Assembly: GCA_947471035.1 (NCBI GenBank)
Contig: CANIWJ010000003.1
Span: forward strand, 1 to 64,000
Length of the DNA stretch: 64,000 nt
Direction of reading: 5' to 3'
DNA from: Verrucomicrobiota bacterium
Lineage (GTDB): Bacteria > Verrucomicrobiota > Verrucomicrobiia > Opitutales > Opitutaceae
Below are positions 1 to 9,695 of the stretch, piece after piece. The notes under the pieces are model-generated. The model saw only the letters and a list, made by a program, of their open reading frames with translations, ran no database searches and had not been told where the DNA came from. Positions within the stretch are counted from its first letter, which is position 1, and each line of letters starts with the position of its first letter. A program made the translations under genes and the position numbers.

Positions 1-223
1 CTTCCAGCGCCACCTCGGCTGGCAGCAAAAGGTGGGCGTGCGCTCGCTGCGCTTCTGGCTGTTCGTCACCCCTGGCATCATCGCCCACCCAGCCGGAAAA
101 ACCACCGTCAAGCTCGCCATCCCCCCCAAAGAACGCGCCTGGTGGTCACGACTTTGGGAGAAAATCCTCTCCCCCTTGCCCAACTGCAATGCAGTAGAAA
201 ACCGCCCCGTCTTCACGCCCTGA
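1..223 (+). CDS. 3' end of an upstream gene of unknown identity (partial CDS running in from upstream)
   Basis: Open frame from window edge (frame 2) to TGA at 221-223; no recognisable motif, so identity unknown. Confidence 0.3.
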   Translation, partial: FQRHLGWQQKVGVRSLRFWLFVTPGIIAHPAGKTTVKLAIPPKERAWWSRLWEKILSPLPNCNAVENRPVFTP

Positions 224-314
224 TTTTAGCCTCCTACTGCACGTTCTCGGCTTAGCACGCCGCGCTTGCCCTTGCTCTCCACCATTGCGACTGACCTAGT
301 CCATTCGACCCATC

Positions 315-809
315 ATGCGCCACTGCATCTATCCCGGCACTTTCGACCCCATCACCAACGGACACATCGACGTCCTCGAACGCGCCTCTCGACTCTTCGA
401 CAAAGTCACCGTCGCCATCGCCGCCAATCCCGGCAAAGGCCCCCTCTTCAGTCAGGAACACCGTCTCGAACTCGTACGCGCCGTCAGCACCCACCTCCCC
501 AACGTCCACGCCACCGCCTTCGATGGCCTTCTAGTGGAATTCGCCCGCGCGCAGAACGCTATCGCCGTCATTCGCGGCATCCGTGCCCTTTCCGACTTTG
601 AATTCGAGTTCAACATGGCGCTCATGAACCGACATCTCGAGCCCGCCCTCGAAACCATCTTCGTAATGCCCCGCGACACTTACAGCTACACTAGCTCCAA
701 CCTCGTTAAACAGGTCGCTAAACTTGGCGGCGATGTCCGCCATTTCGTGCCCCCATTAGTCGCCGACGCACTCCATAACGCCTACTTCGGGGCGAAGTCC
801 GAAAAATAA
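315..809 (+). CDS. coaD: phosphopantetheine adenylyltransferase
   Basis: N-term CIYPGTFDPITNGHIDVLERA (HxGH nucleotidyltransferase motif); length ~160 aa typical of CoaD. Confidence 0.9.
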   Translation: MRHCIYPGTFDPITNGHIDVLERASRLFDKVTVAIAANPGKGPLFSQEHRLELVRAVSTHLPNVHATAFDGLLVEFARAQNAIAVIRGIRALSDFEFEFNMALMNRHLEPALETIFVMPRDTYSYTSSNLVKQVAKLGGDVRHFVPPLVADALHNAYFGAKSEK

Positions 810-929
810 TTCCCGTCCCCGGCACTTTTTGTGCAACCCGAGAAGTTCATACGCGTCACCGCACTACACCTTCCGGCACCGCGCTACACTTTAAAACCGC
901 CACGAACCGCATCGACCGCCACTCCATCC

Positions 930-2318
930 ATGTCTTTTCGCCTTAGCCGTCTTATTCTCCCTGTTATTGTCTTGGCCGCTGCTGGCGGCGGTTACCTCTG
1001 GTGGCGCGACAGTGCCAAACCCGTGCCCGTCAGTTTCAAAACCGCTGGCGTTACCCGCGGCACACTCACCCAGACCGTCACCGCCACTGGCGATCTCCAG
1101 CCCGTAGCCACCGTCGAGGTCAGCTCTCAAATCTCCGGCCTCATCAAAGAGGTCCTCGTCGATTACAACTCCAAGGTAAAAGCCGGTGACGTCCTGGCTC
1201 GCATCGACCCCGCCACCTACGAGACCCGCCTCCAGTCGGCCCAAGCCGAATTAGCCAACACCAACGCCAATTACCGCCTCGTTAAGCTCAACGCCGACCG
1301 CATCAAATCCCTTAACGAACGTAACCTCGTTTCGCAGCAAGAACTCGATCAGGCCGTAGCCCAGCTCGCCCAGGCCGAGGCTCAACTCCTCATCCGCACC
1401 GCTTCGGTCGAAACCGCCAAAGTCGATCTGAACCGCTGCACCATCACCGCCCCCATTGACGGCAGCGTACTCGACCGCCCCGCCATCGCCGGCAAGACTG
1501 TCTCGGCCAGCACCTCCGCCCCAATCCTCTTCGTTTTGGTCAACGACCTCCGCCTGCTCCAAATCAAGGCCGCCATCGCCGAAGCCGACATCGGCACCGT
1601 TCGCGAAGGGCAAAACGTGGCCTTCACGGTGGACGCCTTTCCCGGTCAATCCTTTCGCGGCGTTGTCCGCCAAATCCGTAACCAACCCGTTACCCAATCC
1701 AACGTCGTCACCTACGCCACCATCATCGACGTCAACAACGACAGCCTCACTCTCAAGCCCGGTATGACCGCCAACGTCACCGTGACCGTACAGGAAAAAA
1801 CCAACGCCCTGATCGTGCCCAACGCCTCCCTCCGCGTTCGCCTTGATGAAGCACTCAAACTCCCTGCCCTTCCGCCCTCACCCGAAGTCGCCGCCGCCGC
1901 AGCAGCCAAACCCGCCGCCCCTGCAAATCCCTTCCGCGAACTCCTCAAGGAAGTCGGCTATAAAGAAGACGAAGGCCGCCCCTCCGACGAACAAATCGCC
2001 AAAGTCCGCGCCCTCGCCGCCGAGCGCGGCATTGAGCTACCTCAGCCTGGAGCCGGCGGCGGTCGTCGCCGCCCCGCCGCGTCCGCTCCAGTCTTGGAAA
2101 TCGTCCGCACCCTATTCAAACCCGTGGATCAACCCACCGGACCTCGCGCCCAGCCCATTGAAGTCCGTCTCGGTATTACCGACGGCATTAACACCGAGGT
2201 TATCGCCGGCCTCGCCCAAGACGATAAAATCATCACCGGCGTCCTCGATCCCGCTAGCGCCGCCAAGGCCGCCAGCGCCGCCCCATCCAGTCCCTTCTCG
2301 CCGCAGCGCCGCTTCTAA
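930..2318 (+). CDS. HlyD/MacA-family periplasmic adaptor subunit of a tripartite ABC efflux system
   Basis: Signal anchor, then TRGTLTQTVTATGDLQPV...VSSQISGLIKEVLVDYNSKVKAGDVLARIDP, the biotinyl-lipoyl/beta-barrel pattern of MacA/DevB adaptors. ATG at 930 preferred over the GTG at 831 used by the ORF track. Contains a Pro/Ala-rich low-complexity insert. Confidence 0.8.
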   Translation: MSFRLSRLILPVIVLAAAGGGYLWWRDSAKPVPVSFKTAGVTRGTLTQTVTATGDLQPVATVEVSSQISGLIKEVLVDYNSKVKAGDVLARIDPATYETRLQSAQAELANTNANYRLVKLNADRIKSLNERNLVSQQELDQAVAQLAQAEAQLLIRTASVETAKVDLNRCTITAPIDGSVLDRPAIAGKTVSASTSAPILFVLVNDLRLLQIKAAIAEADIGTVREGQNVAFTVDAFPGQSFRGVVRQIRNQPVTQSNVVTYATIIDVNNDSLTLKPGMTANVTVTVQEKTNALIVPNASLRVRLDEALKLPALPPSPEVAAAAAAKPAAPANPFRELLKEVGYKEDEGRPSDEQIAKVRALAAERGIELPQPGAGGGRRRPAASAPVLEIVRTLFKPVDQPTGPRAQPIEVRLGITDGINTEVIAGLAQDDKIITGVLDPASAAKAASAAPSSPFSPQRRF

Positions 2319-2348
2319 GCTCGCTACCCAACGCCCTCCCTCCTACCG

Positions 2349-3125
2349 GTGAGCACTCCCGTCGTTCAGCTTCGCGACATCCGCAAAACATACCGCAACG
2401 GCGATCTCGAAGTGCACGCCGTGCGCGGCATCTCGCTCGATATTCGCACCGGCGATTTCATTGCCATCATGGGTGCCTCCGGCTCCGGGAAATCCACCCT
2501 CATGAATACCTTGGGCTGCCTCGACCGGCCTACTTCGGGCGAATACCTGCTGGACGGCGTCAATGTCGCCGACCTCGACCGAGCCGCCCGAGCCGACCTG
2601 CGTAATCAAAAACTCGGCTTCGTTTTCCAGGGTTTTAACCTGCTCGCCCGCACTTCGGCCCTCGAAAACGTCGAGCTCCCCATGCTCTACGCCCCGCGCC
2701 GCGTCTCCGGCGAGGAAATGAAACGCCGCGCCCTCGCCGCCCTTGAAATCGTCGGCCTCGGCAAACGCTTCGACCACTTGCCCTCCCAGCTCTCCGGCGG
2801 CCAGCAACAACGCGTCGCCATCGCCCGCGCCCTCGTAAACGAACCCCGCCTGCTGCTCGCCGACGAGCCCACCGGCAACCTCGACAGCAAAACCTCCGTC
2901 GAGGTCATGGGCGTTTTTCAACGCCTGAACGAACAGGGCATAACCATCGTGATGGTCACCCACGAGCTCGACGTCGCCAGTTACTGCAAACGCATTCTCG
3001 TGGTCCGCGACGGCTTGGTCGTGCGCGACGAACCCGTGCAAAACCGGATGATAGCCGCCGAGGAACTGGCCAAACTCCACGCCGCCGAAGCCCACGCCAA
3101 ACTCACCTCCACGCCTGCGGCGTGA
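2349..3125 (+). CDS. ABC transporter ATP-binding protein (MacB/LolD/DevA-like)
   Basis: Walker [10 protein letters not shown], signature [15 protein letters not shown], Walker [13 protein letters not shown]; GTG start. Confidence 0.9.
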   Translation: MSTPVVQLRDIRKTYRNGDLEVHAVRGISLDIRTGDFIAIMGASGSGKSTLMNTLGCLDRPTSGEYLLDGVNVADLDRAARADLRNQKLGFVFQGFNLLARTSALENVELPMLYAPRRVSGEEMKRRALAALEIVGLGKRFDHLPSQLSGGQQQRVAIARALVNEPRLLLADEPTGNLDSKTSVEVMGVFQRLNEQGITIVMVTHELDVASYCKRILVVRDGLVVRDEPVQNRMIAAEELAKLHAAEAHAKLTSTPAA

Positions 3126-3226
3126 AATGACGAATGCCTAATGACGAATGGGCAAAATCACCAACTAACCAATTACCATAACCCAGCTAGGATAATTAGG
3201 CATCCGTCATTCGACATTCGTCATTT
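3126..3226. repeat. family-A repeat element (imperfect palindrome built from AATGACGAATG units) between ABC ATPase and permease genes
   Basis: AATGACGAATG-CCT-AATGACGAATG ... CCGTCATTCG-A-CATTCGTCATT; arms ~27 bp, spacer ~50 bp. Confidence 0.7.
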
Positions 3227-3229
3227 TCC

Positions 3230-4438
3230 ATGCGTCTTCTCGCCACCACCATCATAGCCCTTCGCGCCCTGCGCCGGAACAAGCTCCGCTCCGCCCTCAC
3301 CGCCCTGGGCATCATCATCGGCGTGGCCGGCGTCATCGCCACCGTAGCCATCGGCAACGGTGCCAAGGTCCAGGTGGAAAACCAGATCGCCTCCCTCGGC
3401 CGCAACGTAGTCACCGTTTTCCCCGGCAGCTTCTCCACCGGCGGCGCGCGCGGCGGCTTTGGCTCCGCCTCCACCCTCACCATCGAGGACATCGACGCCA
3501 TCCGCCGCGACGTTGCCGACATCGCCGCCATTTCCCCTGAGGTCAGCGACCGCAATCAAGTCCTGGCCAACGGCCTAAATTGGAACACCCAGGTCCGCGG
3601 CGTCAGCCCAGAATACCTCAGTGTTCGCGCTTGGGATACCGAAACCGGCACCATGTTTGGCGACCAGGATCTGCGCTCTGCCGCCAAGGTCTGCGTCATC
3701 GGCACCACCATCGCCAAACAACTTTTCCCCAACTCCGACCCCCTCGGACAGACCATCCGCATCCGCAACATCCCCTTCATTGTGCGCGGCATTCTGGTGA
3801 GCAAAGGCTTCAACTTCTTCGGCCAGGATCAGGACGACACCATCATCGTGCCCTACACCACCCACATGCGCCGCCTCAACCGCCGCACCACGGTAAACAC
3901 CATTCTCATCGAAGCCGCCAACCCCGAGGTCATGCCGCGCATCCAGGAGGAAACCACCGACTTGCTCACCCAGCGGCGCCGCGGCCGCGAACCCGATTTT
4001 ACGGTGCGTAACCAACTCGAACTCGCCCAGACCGCCACCGCTACCGCCCGCGTTATGACTCTCCTCCTCGGGGCCATCGCCGGTGTCTCCCTCTTTGTCG
4101 GCGGTATCGGCATCATGAATATCATGCTCGTGTCCGTCACAGAGCGCACCCGCGAGATCGGCATCCGTCTCGCCATCGGGGCCCACGATCGCGACATCCG
4201 CGTGCAGTTTCTCATCGAAGCCATGGTGCTCAGTGTGCTCGGCGGTATCGCCGGCGTACTCCTCGGAACCGGCCTCTCTCAAGTGCTCTCCAAATTTACC
4301 GGTTGGTCCGTACTGGTCTCGACCAACGCCGTGCTCATCTCAGTCGGCATCTCAGCCTTTGTGGGCATCGTCTTTGGCTTTTACCCCGCACATAAAGCCG
4401 CTCAGCTTGACCCTATCGAAGCCCTTCGTTTCGAGTAG
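3230..4438 (+). CDS. ABC transporter permease, FtsX/MacB-type
   Basis: N-terminal TM helix, large periplasmic domain, C-terminal 3 TM helices with the FtsX-like pattern (IGIMNIMLVSVTERTREIGIRLAIGA). Confidence 0.9.
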   Translation: MRLLATTIIALRALRRNKLRSALTALGIIIGVAGVIATVAIGNGAKVQVENQIASLGRNVVTVFPGSFSTGGARGGFGSASTLTIEDIDAIRRDVADIAAISPEVSDRNQVLANGLNWNTQVRGVSPEYLSVRAWDTETGTMFGDQDLRSAAKVCVIGTTIAKQLFPNSDPLGQTIRIRNIPFIVRGILVSKGFNFFGQDQDDTIIVPYTTHMRRLNRRTTVNTILIEAANPEVMPRIQEETTDLLTQRRRGREPDFTVRNQLELAQTATATARVMTLLLGAIAGVSLFVGGIGIMNIMLVSVTERTREIGIRLAIGAHDRDIRVQFLIEAMVLSVLGGIAGVLLGTGLSQVLSKFTGWSVLVSTNAVLISVGISAFVGIVFGFYPAHKAAQLDPIEALRFE

Positions 4439-4463
4439 TCTAGGCGGCGCACCGTCGCCTGCC

Positions 4464-5354
4464 ATGGTTTACCCAAGACGCATCACCACGCTCGCGCTCC
4501 TCTGCGCCACCCTTTTATCCGCCTCACCCGACACGGAAACCATCCTCATCGAGGCCCGGCGTCTCGTGCGCGAGCAACGCCTGCCCGAGGCCCGTTTGCC
4601 TCTGGAACAACTTCTCGCTGACCAGCCCGGCAATTCCGAGGCCACCTTGCTCCTCGCCCGGGTAAACGACCGCACCGGCCGACGCGATGACGCCCTCTCC
4701 CTTCTCGAGCCCCTCGCCAACCGTTACCCCGAAGACCCGCGCGTCATCGGCCTTTACGCCGGTATATGCATGCTCCGCGCGGGCGAACTCGGTGTCAGTT
4801 TGCGCGCCATTCGTCTGGCCCGCCGCGGACGTGAACTCATGGAAAAAGCCGTTGCACTCGCCCCCGACGAGATCGCCTACCACGAAGGTCTGGTGGATTT
4901 TTACCGCCAAGCCCCCGGCATAGTCGGCGGCGACGTGGCCAAAGCCCGCTTGCACGCCGACGCAGTTGCCCGGATCGATCCCGTTCGCGGCGCCGCCTGG
5001 CAGGCCTCGATACTGGTGCAGGAAAAAAAGTTTCCCGAAGCCCTCGCCGCTTGTGATGCCGCCCTTCGGGTTAAGCCCGACGACTACATCGCCCTGTTTA
5101 CCCTTGGCCGCACCGTCGCCGAAAGCGGACTCCGTCTCCCCGACGGGGAAGCTGCCCTCCGTCGCTGCTTTGCCGTCGTGCCCCGCCCCAGCGAGCCCAG
5201 CCATGCCGGGGTTTGGCACTGGCTGGGCCTGATCGCGGAGAAACGCCACGACCTCACCGCCGCCCGTGCCGCCTACGCCAAGGCCTTGGAAATGGAACCT
5301 TCCTTCAACCGCCCCGCCGAGGCCCTCCGTCGACTCGACAGCAAAACCGACTGA
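4464..5354 (+). CDS. TPR-repeat protein with signal peptide
   Basis: Hydrophobic N-terminus [12 protein letters not shown] followed by repeated helical TPR-like units. Start moved to ATG 4464 because the track ORF (4233) begins inside the permease gene. Confidence 0.6.
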   Translation: MVYPRRITTLALLCATLLSASPDTETILIEARRLVREQRLPEARLPLEQLLADQPGNSEATLLLARVNDRTGRRDDALSLLEPLANRYPEDPRVIGLYAGICMLRAGELGVSLRAIRLARRGRELMEKAVALAPDEIAYHEGLVDFYRQAPGIVGGDVAKARLHADAVARIDPVRGAAWQASILVQEKKFPEALAACDAALRVKPDDYIALFTLGRTVAESGLRLPDGEAALRRCFAVVPRPSEPSHAGVWHWLGLIAEKRHDLTAARAAYAKALEMEPSFNRPAEALRRLDSKTD

Positions 5355-5425
5355 ACCACCCGTCCGGCCAAGTGCTTCCTGCCGCCGTACACCCGGCTTG
5401 CGCCCCGACCGGCCCTCGCCTCAGT

Positions 5426-6028
5426 GTGCCCGCTAAATCCCTACCGCGCGTGCTCCTCGTTATCGACAACTACGACTCCTTTACCTTCAACCTCGTACAA
5501 TACTTCGGCCAACTCGGCGTGGCGCAGCGCGTCTTTCGCAACGACGAGATCACCCCCGCCGAAGCCCTCGCGCTCAACCCTGACCGCATCCTCATTTCTC
5601 CCGGCCCTTGCTCCCCCGCCGAGGCCGGCGTCTCCCTCGAAATGATCGGTGCCTTCGCCGGGAAGAAACCCATCTTGGGCGTCTGTCTTGGCCACCAGTC
5701 CATCGGCCACTACTTCGGCGGCCGAGTCGTCCGGGCCGACCGTCTCATGCACGGCAAGACCTCGCCCATCCTCCACCAAAACACCGACGTGTTCGCCGGC
5801 ATGCCCCAAAGCTTTGCCGCCACCCGCTATCATTCGCTACTCGTCGAGCGCGCCACCCTTCCCGCCTGTCTCGCCATCACCGCTGAAACCGCTGAAGGCG
5901 AAATCATGGGTCTGCGCCACCGCGAACTCCCCATCTGGGGCGTCCAATTCCACCCAGAAAGCATCGCCACCGAAGGCGGCATGCGCATCCTGGAAAATTT
6001 CCTAAAACTCAACGCGCCTAACTCCTAG
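5426..6028 (+). CDS. trpG: anthranilate/aminodeoxychorismate synthase component II (class-I glutamine amidotransferase)
   Basis: [23 protein letters not shown], catalytic GVCLGHQ and HS..FHPES triad motifs. GTG start at 5426 (or 5450) inferred; upstream part of the track ORF rejected. Confidence 0.8.
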   Translation: MPAKSLPRVLLVIDNYDSFTFNLVQYFGQLGVAQRVFRNDEITPAEALALNPDRILISPGPCSPAEAGVSLEMIGAFAGKKPILGVCLGHQSIGHYFGGRVVRADRLMHGKTSPILHQNTDVFAGMPQSFAATRYHSLLVERATLPACLAITAETAEGEIMGLRHRELPIWGVQFHPESIATEGGMRILENFLKLNAPNS

Positions 6029-6040
6029 GCCCCCGCTCCG

Positions 6041-6085
6041 CCTACTAGCCATACTCGCTTACCAGCTCTACTAGCTCCCTTCCGC
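6041..6085. repeat. family-B CTAGC-rich ~30-bp dispersed repeat (copy 1, trpG-nrdR intergenic)
   Basis: CTTACCAGCTCTACTAGCTCC; shares TACCAGCT(Y)TACTAGC core with the copies at 7585-7616 and 11118-11165. Confidence 0.7.
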
Positions 6086-6113
6086 TCCTCGCTCCCTGCT
6101 CTGAACTTCCACA

Positions 6114-6581
6114 ATGCGCTGTCCCAAATGCACCTCCATCGAGGATAAGGTGATCGACTCCCGCATCAGCCGCGAGGGCAACACCATCCGCCGCCGCCGC
6201 GAATGCCTGGAGTGCGGTCACCGCTTCACCACCACCGAAACCCTCGTGCGCGAAGGCATCGTCGTCCTCAAGCACGACGGCCGCCGCCAAGATTTCGACC
6301 GCGAGAAACTCACCCGCTCGGTCCGCGCCGCCTGCCACAAACGCCCCATCGACGCCGAACGCGTCAGCATGCTGGTGGACGACGTCATGGATATCCTTGA
6401 AGCCCGGCACGACACCGAAATCCCCAGCGACGCCATCGGCGAAGGCGTCATGCACCAGCTCCGTAAAATCGACCACGTCGCCTACGTGCGCTTCGCCAGT
6501 GTATACAAGGAGTTCCGCGACGTCTCCGAATTCGTCAGCGAAATCAAAGACCTCGGCAAAAAAACCGAGACACCGATCTAA
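6114..6581 (+). CDS. nrdR: transcriptional repressor NrdR
   Basis: MRCPKCTSIEDKVIDSR...CLECGHRFTTTE zinc ribbon plus ATP-cone region; 155 aa. Confidence 0.9.
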   Translation: MRCPKCTSIEDKVIDSRISREGNTIRRRRECLECGHRFTTTETLVREGIVVLKHDGRRQDFDREKLTRSVRAACHKRPIDAERVSMLVDDVMDILEARHDTEIPSDAIGEGVMHQLRKIDHVAYVRFASVYKEFRDVSEFVSEIKDLGKKTETPI

Positions 6582-6677
6582 ACCACGAATTCTCACTAAT
6601 AATCACTGATTTAAACCCCCGTCTGATTTTTCAATTAGTACCCATTAATGACCATTAGTGGTTAAAAAACTAGCCTG

Positions 6678-7196
6678 ATGCCTCCCCCGCCCGCGCCTGC
6701 CGCCCGCGACGACCTTCGCCGCCTGCACTTCGTAAACGCCCTCTTCGCCCGCCTCACTGGCGACGACCTTTACCTCGCCCGCCAAATCCAGGACGCCATC
6801 GCCTTCAGTCTGAACGAGCTCGAAATCCAGACCCGCGAACACCCCGAGTTTGCCGCCCGCTACGACGCCGCTTTCTCCGCCGCCGCCGCCCGCCTGCTCG
6901 GTGCGTTTTTCGCCGACCAACCCGGCCAAGGGTTTTTCCACTGGAACGCCCTCACCACCCTCACCTCCGCCACCCCGCTCTTCGCCCGCGCCGAGCTCAT
7001 GGCCGGCCTAAAACGCCTCGCCGCCCACCGTGAAGCCACCCTGCTGGTCACGAACTTGCGCGCCGCATTTCTGCCTCCCTCCCAACGCGAGACCACCCGC
7101 CGGCGCCGCGAATACGACGAAGCCCTCGCCTACGTGCGCGACCTCGCCGCCGCCCGTTCCCGCCCTGACGCCGACGTCCGCCTGCTCTTTCTCTAA
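6678..7196 (+). CDS. hypothetical protein
   Basis: 172-aa ORF with coding-like composition between nrdR and the HIT gene; no recognisable motif. Confidence 0.45.
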   Translation: MPPPPAPAARDDLRRLHFVNALFARLTGDDLYLARQIQDAIAFSLNELEIQTREHPEFAARYDAAFSAAAARLLGAFFADQPGQGFFHWNALTTLTSATPLFARAELMAGLKRLAAHREATLLVTNLRAAFLPPSQRETTRRRREYDEALAYVRDLAAARSRPDADVRLLFL

Positions 7197-7215
7197 CATC
7201 CCGCTAACCATTGCC

Positions 7216-7554
7216 ATGCCCACCCTCTTTCAACGCATCATCGCGCGCGAAATTCCCGCCCGTATCGAGCACGAAGACGACCACTGCATCGTCATTCACG
7301 ACATCCAGCCGCAAGCCCCCGTCCACCTTCTCATTATCCCCAAAACCGCCATCCGCCGCGTTGGCGAAGCCACGCCCGACCAGCAAGCAACCCTCGGCCA
7401 CCTCCTGCTCACCGCCGGCATGGTCGCCAAAAAACTCAACCTCGCGCGCGGCTTCCGCCTTGTCGTCAACCACGGCCCCGACGCTTGCGAAACCGTCCCG
7501 CATTTACACGTTCACCTCTTAGCCGCCCGCCAACTCGCCTGGCCCCCAGGTTAA
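7216..7554 (+). CDS. HIT-family (histidine triad) hydrolase
   Basis: MPTLFQRIIAREIPA...HLHVHLL histidine triad motif; ATG at 7216 inside the longer track ORF. Confidence 0.85.
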   Translation: MPTLFQRIIAREIPARIEHEDDHCIVIHDIQPQAPVHLLIIPKTAIRRVGEATPDQQATLGHLLLTAGMVAKKLNLARGFRLVVNHGPDACETVPHLHVHLLAARQLAWPPG

Positions 7555-7584
7555 GCCTCCCCTTTCCCCTTACCAGCTTACTAG

Positions 7585-7616
7585 CCCTACTAGCTTAAAG
7601 CTCTCCTGCCCTTCCC
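7585..7616. repeat. family-B repeat (copy 2, upstream of S8-like gene)
   Basis: CCCCTTACCAGCTTACTAGCCCTACTAGCTT. Confidence 0.7.
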
Positions 7617-7619
7617 CGC

Positions 7620-9689
7620 GTGAAGCCCGCCCCCGCCGCACGCCTCTTCTTTGTCTTCGCTTTCCTGTTCGTCGCCGTGCGCGCCGACTGGCTCGACGAC
7701 GTCGGCTACACCCGCCTGCTCCAAACCTATTCCTCCGGTGTACCCGCCTCGGTCGCGTCCGGCGTCAGTCAGATCGAGGCTCCCGACGGCGCAGCCAATT
7801 ACGCCGCCGATTCACCCGGAAAAAGCCCGACCTTAAAATCCGGTGCCTCGGGTGCAAACGGCCACGCCTCTACTGTAGCGGTTTACTACTATAGCTCTGC
7901 CTCCAGCGTTATCCCTGACACCTCAATTATCGACGCGTACAACGCCAACACTTGGCTCTACTCTGGCTTTCTAAATTATAACACAACTTCGGTCCCGCTC
8001 ACGGAGTCGCGCCGCATCCAAAACCACAGCTGGATCGCTCAGTTCGACCGCAACCAATATGCCGAATCCACGATCACCTCGGCTGTAGCAAACTACAACC
8101 AGCGCCTCGACTACGCCAGCGATCGCGACGGCTTCCTCGCCGTCGTCGGCACCAACAACGGCGCCAGCACCACCCTGCCCGACCTCATGGTCCAAGGGTA
8201 CCACAGCCTATCCGTCGGCCTTACCAGCGGCAACCACGCTGCCGGTCTCACCACCCACGACACCGCCGGCCGGATGAAACCCGACCTCGTCGCCTACGAA
8301 TCACTCACCAGTTTCGCCACCCCCCAGGTCTCCAGCGTCGCCGGCCTGCTCTCCGAAAAACTCCGTAACAACGCCTACTCTTCCGCACTCACCACCGCCG
8401 ACTACCCCCGCCTGACCAAAGCCCTCCTCCTCGCCGGTGCCACCAAGGACACTCTCGCCACCTGGTCCCGTGCCGACACCGCCAAACCCTACGACGCCAC
8501 CTACGGCGCAGGCGCGCTCAACACCCTCCTCTCCTACCGTATTCTGAGCGCCGGCCGCCAAACCGCCTCCGCCTCTTCCACTCTCGCCGAAACCGGCTGG
8601 GCCATTTCTACCGTGCGCAGCAGTACCTCCGCCTCCAGCCGAACCTACTTTTTCGACATCCCTGCCGCCACCACCGCCACCCGCTTCTCCGCCGCCCTCA
8701 CCTGGCATCGTAATCTAAGCTACCCTTTCATTTTTACCGGCACCTTCAGCACCAGCCTCCCCAACCTCGACCTCCGCCTCCACGCCGTCGCATCCGGCAC
8801 ATTCACCCTCGGCACCCAAATCGACGCCAGCCTCAGCCCCGTGGACAACGTCGAACACCTCTACCAAGCCAACCTTCCCCCCGGCCGCTACGCACTCCAA
8901 GTATCCTCCGCCGCCTCTACCGCCACCACCTACGCCCTCGCCTGGCGCACCTCGCCCACCGTCACCGTCGCAGCCACCGCCCCCACCGCCCGAGAAACCG
9001 ACCTCTCACCCGCCACCTTCACCCTCACCCGCACCGGCCCCACCACCTCCCCCCTGCTCATCCCGCTCACTTGGGGCGGCACCGCCGCCCCCGGAACCCA
9101 TTATCAAACCCCTCCCGCCACCGCGCTGATCCCCGCCGGCTCCGCCAGCACCACGCTGACCTTAACCCCCATCGCCGACGACCTCGCCCAAGGTGATCGC
9201 ACCCTCACCCTCACTGTCGTCCAGGACTTTTCCCTCTCCGTCGGCAGCTCCGCCACCGCCATCGCAACCCTCGAGGACAAACCCTACGACGCCTGGCGCT
9301 ACGCCCGCTTCACCTCCGATCAACTCGCCGACTCCACCGCCACCGGCCCCGACGCCGACCCCGACGCCGACGGCCTGCCCAACCTGCTCGAATACGCCTT
9401 TGGCCGATCCCCGCTCTCACCTGACGCCAACGACGCAATACCCGCCCCGAGCATAGACGCTAACGGCTACCTAAACCTGTCGTTTTTTCAGGCGTCCGAC
9501 CGCCCCGATCTCAGTTACCTCGTTGAATGGACCGACGACCTCACCGCCACCTGGCGCAGCGGCCCGGATTACACTACTGATGTTAACGCCGAAGCCCGTC
9601 CCACCGGTGAGCAAATTACCGTCAGCGCCGTGACACCTCTGGCCGATTCCCCCCGCCAATTCCTCCGCCTCCGGGTCACCCGTCAGTAA
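7620..9689 (+). CDS. secreted subtilisin-like (S8) serine peptidase-like protein with C-terminal extension
   Basis: Signal peptide MKPAPAARLFFVFAFLFVAVRA. Segments resemble S8 Asn/Ser regions (SGNHAAG ... LTSFATPQVSSVAGLL versus GTSMA(S/T)PHV(A/S)G.AAL). C-terminal DPDADGLPNLLEYAFG module; GTG start. Confidence 0.55.
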   Translation: MKPAPAARLFFVFAFLFVAVRADWLDDVGYTRLLQTYSSGVPASVASGVSQIEAPDGAANYAADSPGKSPTLKSGASGANGHASTVAVYYYSSASSVIPDTSIIDAYNANTWLYSGFLNYNTTSVPLTESRRIQNHSWIAQFDRNQYAESTITSAVANYNQRLDYASDRDGFLAVVGTNNGASTTLPDLMVQGYHSLSVGLTSGNHAAGLTTHDTAGRMKPDLVAYESLTSFATPQVSSVAGLLSEKLRNNAYSSALTTADYPRLTKALLLAGATKDTLATWSRADTAKPYDATYGAGALNTLLSYRILSAGRQTASASSTLAETGWAISTVRSSTSASSRTYFFDIPAATTATRFSAALTWHRNLSYPFIFTGTFSTSLPNLDLRLHAVASGTFTLGTQIDASLSPVDNVEHLYQANLPPGRYALQVSSAASTATTYALAWRTSPTVTVAATAPTARETDLSPATFTLTRTGPTTSPLLIPLTWGGTAAPGTHYQTPPATALIPAGSASTTLTLTPIADDLAQGDRTLTLTVVQDFSLSVGSSATAIATLEDKPYDAWRYARFTSDQLADSTATGPDADPDADGLPNLLEYAFGRSPLSPDANDAIPAPSIDANGYLNLSFFQASDRPDLSYLVEWTDDLTATWRSGPDYTTDVNAEARPTGEQITVSAVTPLADSPRQFLRLRVTRQ

Positions 9690-9695
9690 GCCGTC

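Noticed and set aside
4233-4463. Upstream extension of the TPR-protein ORF into the ABC permease gene
   Set aside because: Overlaps the 3' end of the permease in another frame. The first in-frame ATG after the permease stop (4464) precedes a hydrophobic signal-like segment.
5213-5425. N-terminal 70-aa Arg/Pro-rich extension of the trpG ORF
   Set aside because: Overlaps the TPR gene 3' end. The conserved amidotransferase core begins at [11 protein letters not shown]; GTG 5426 chosen.
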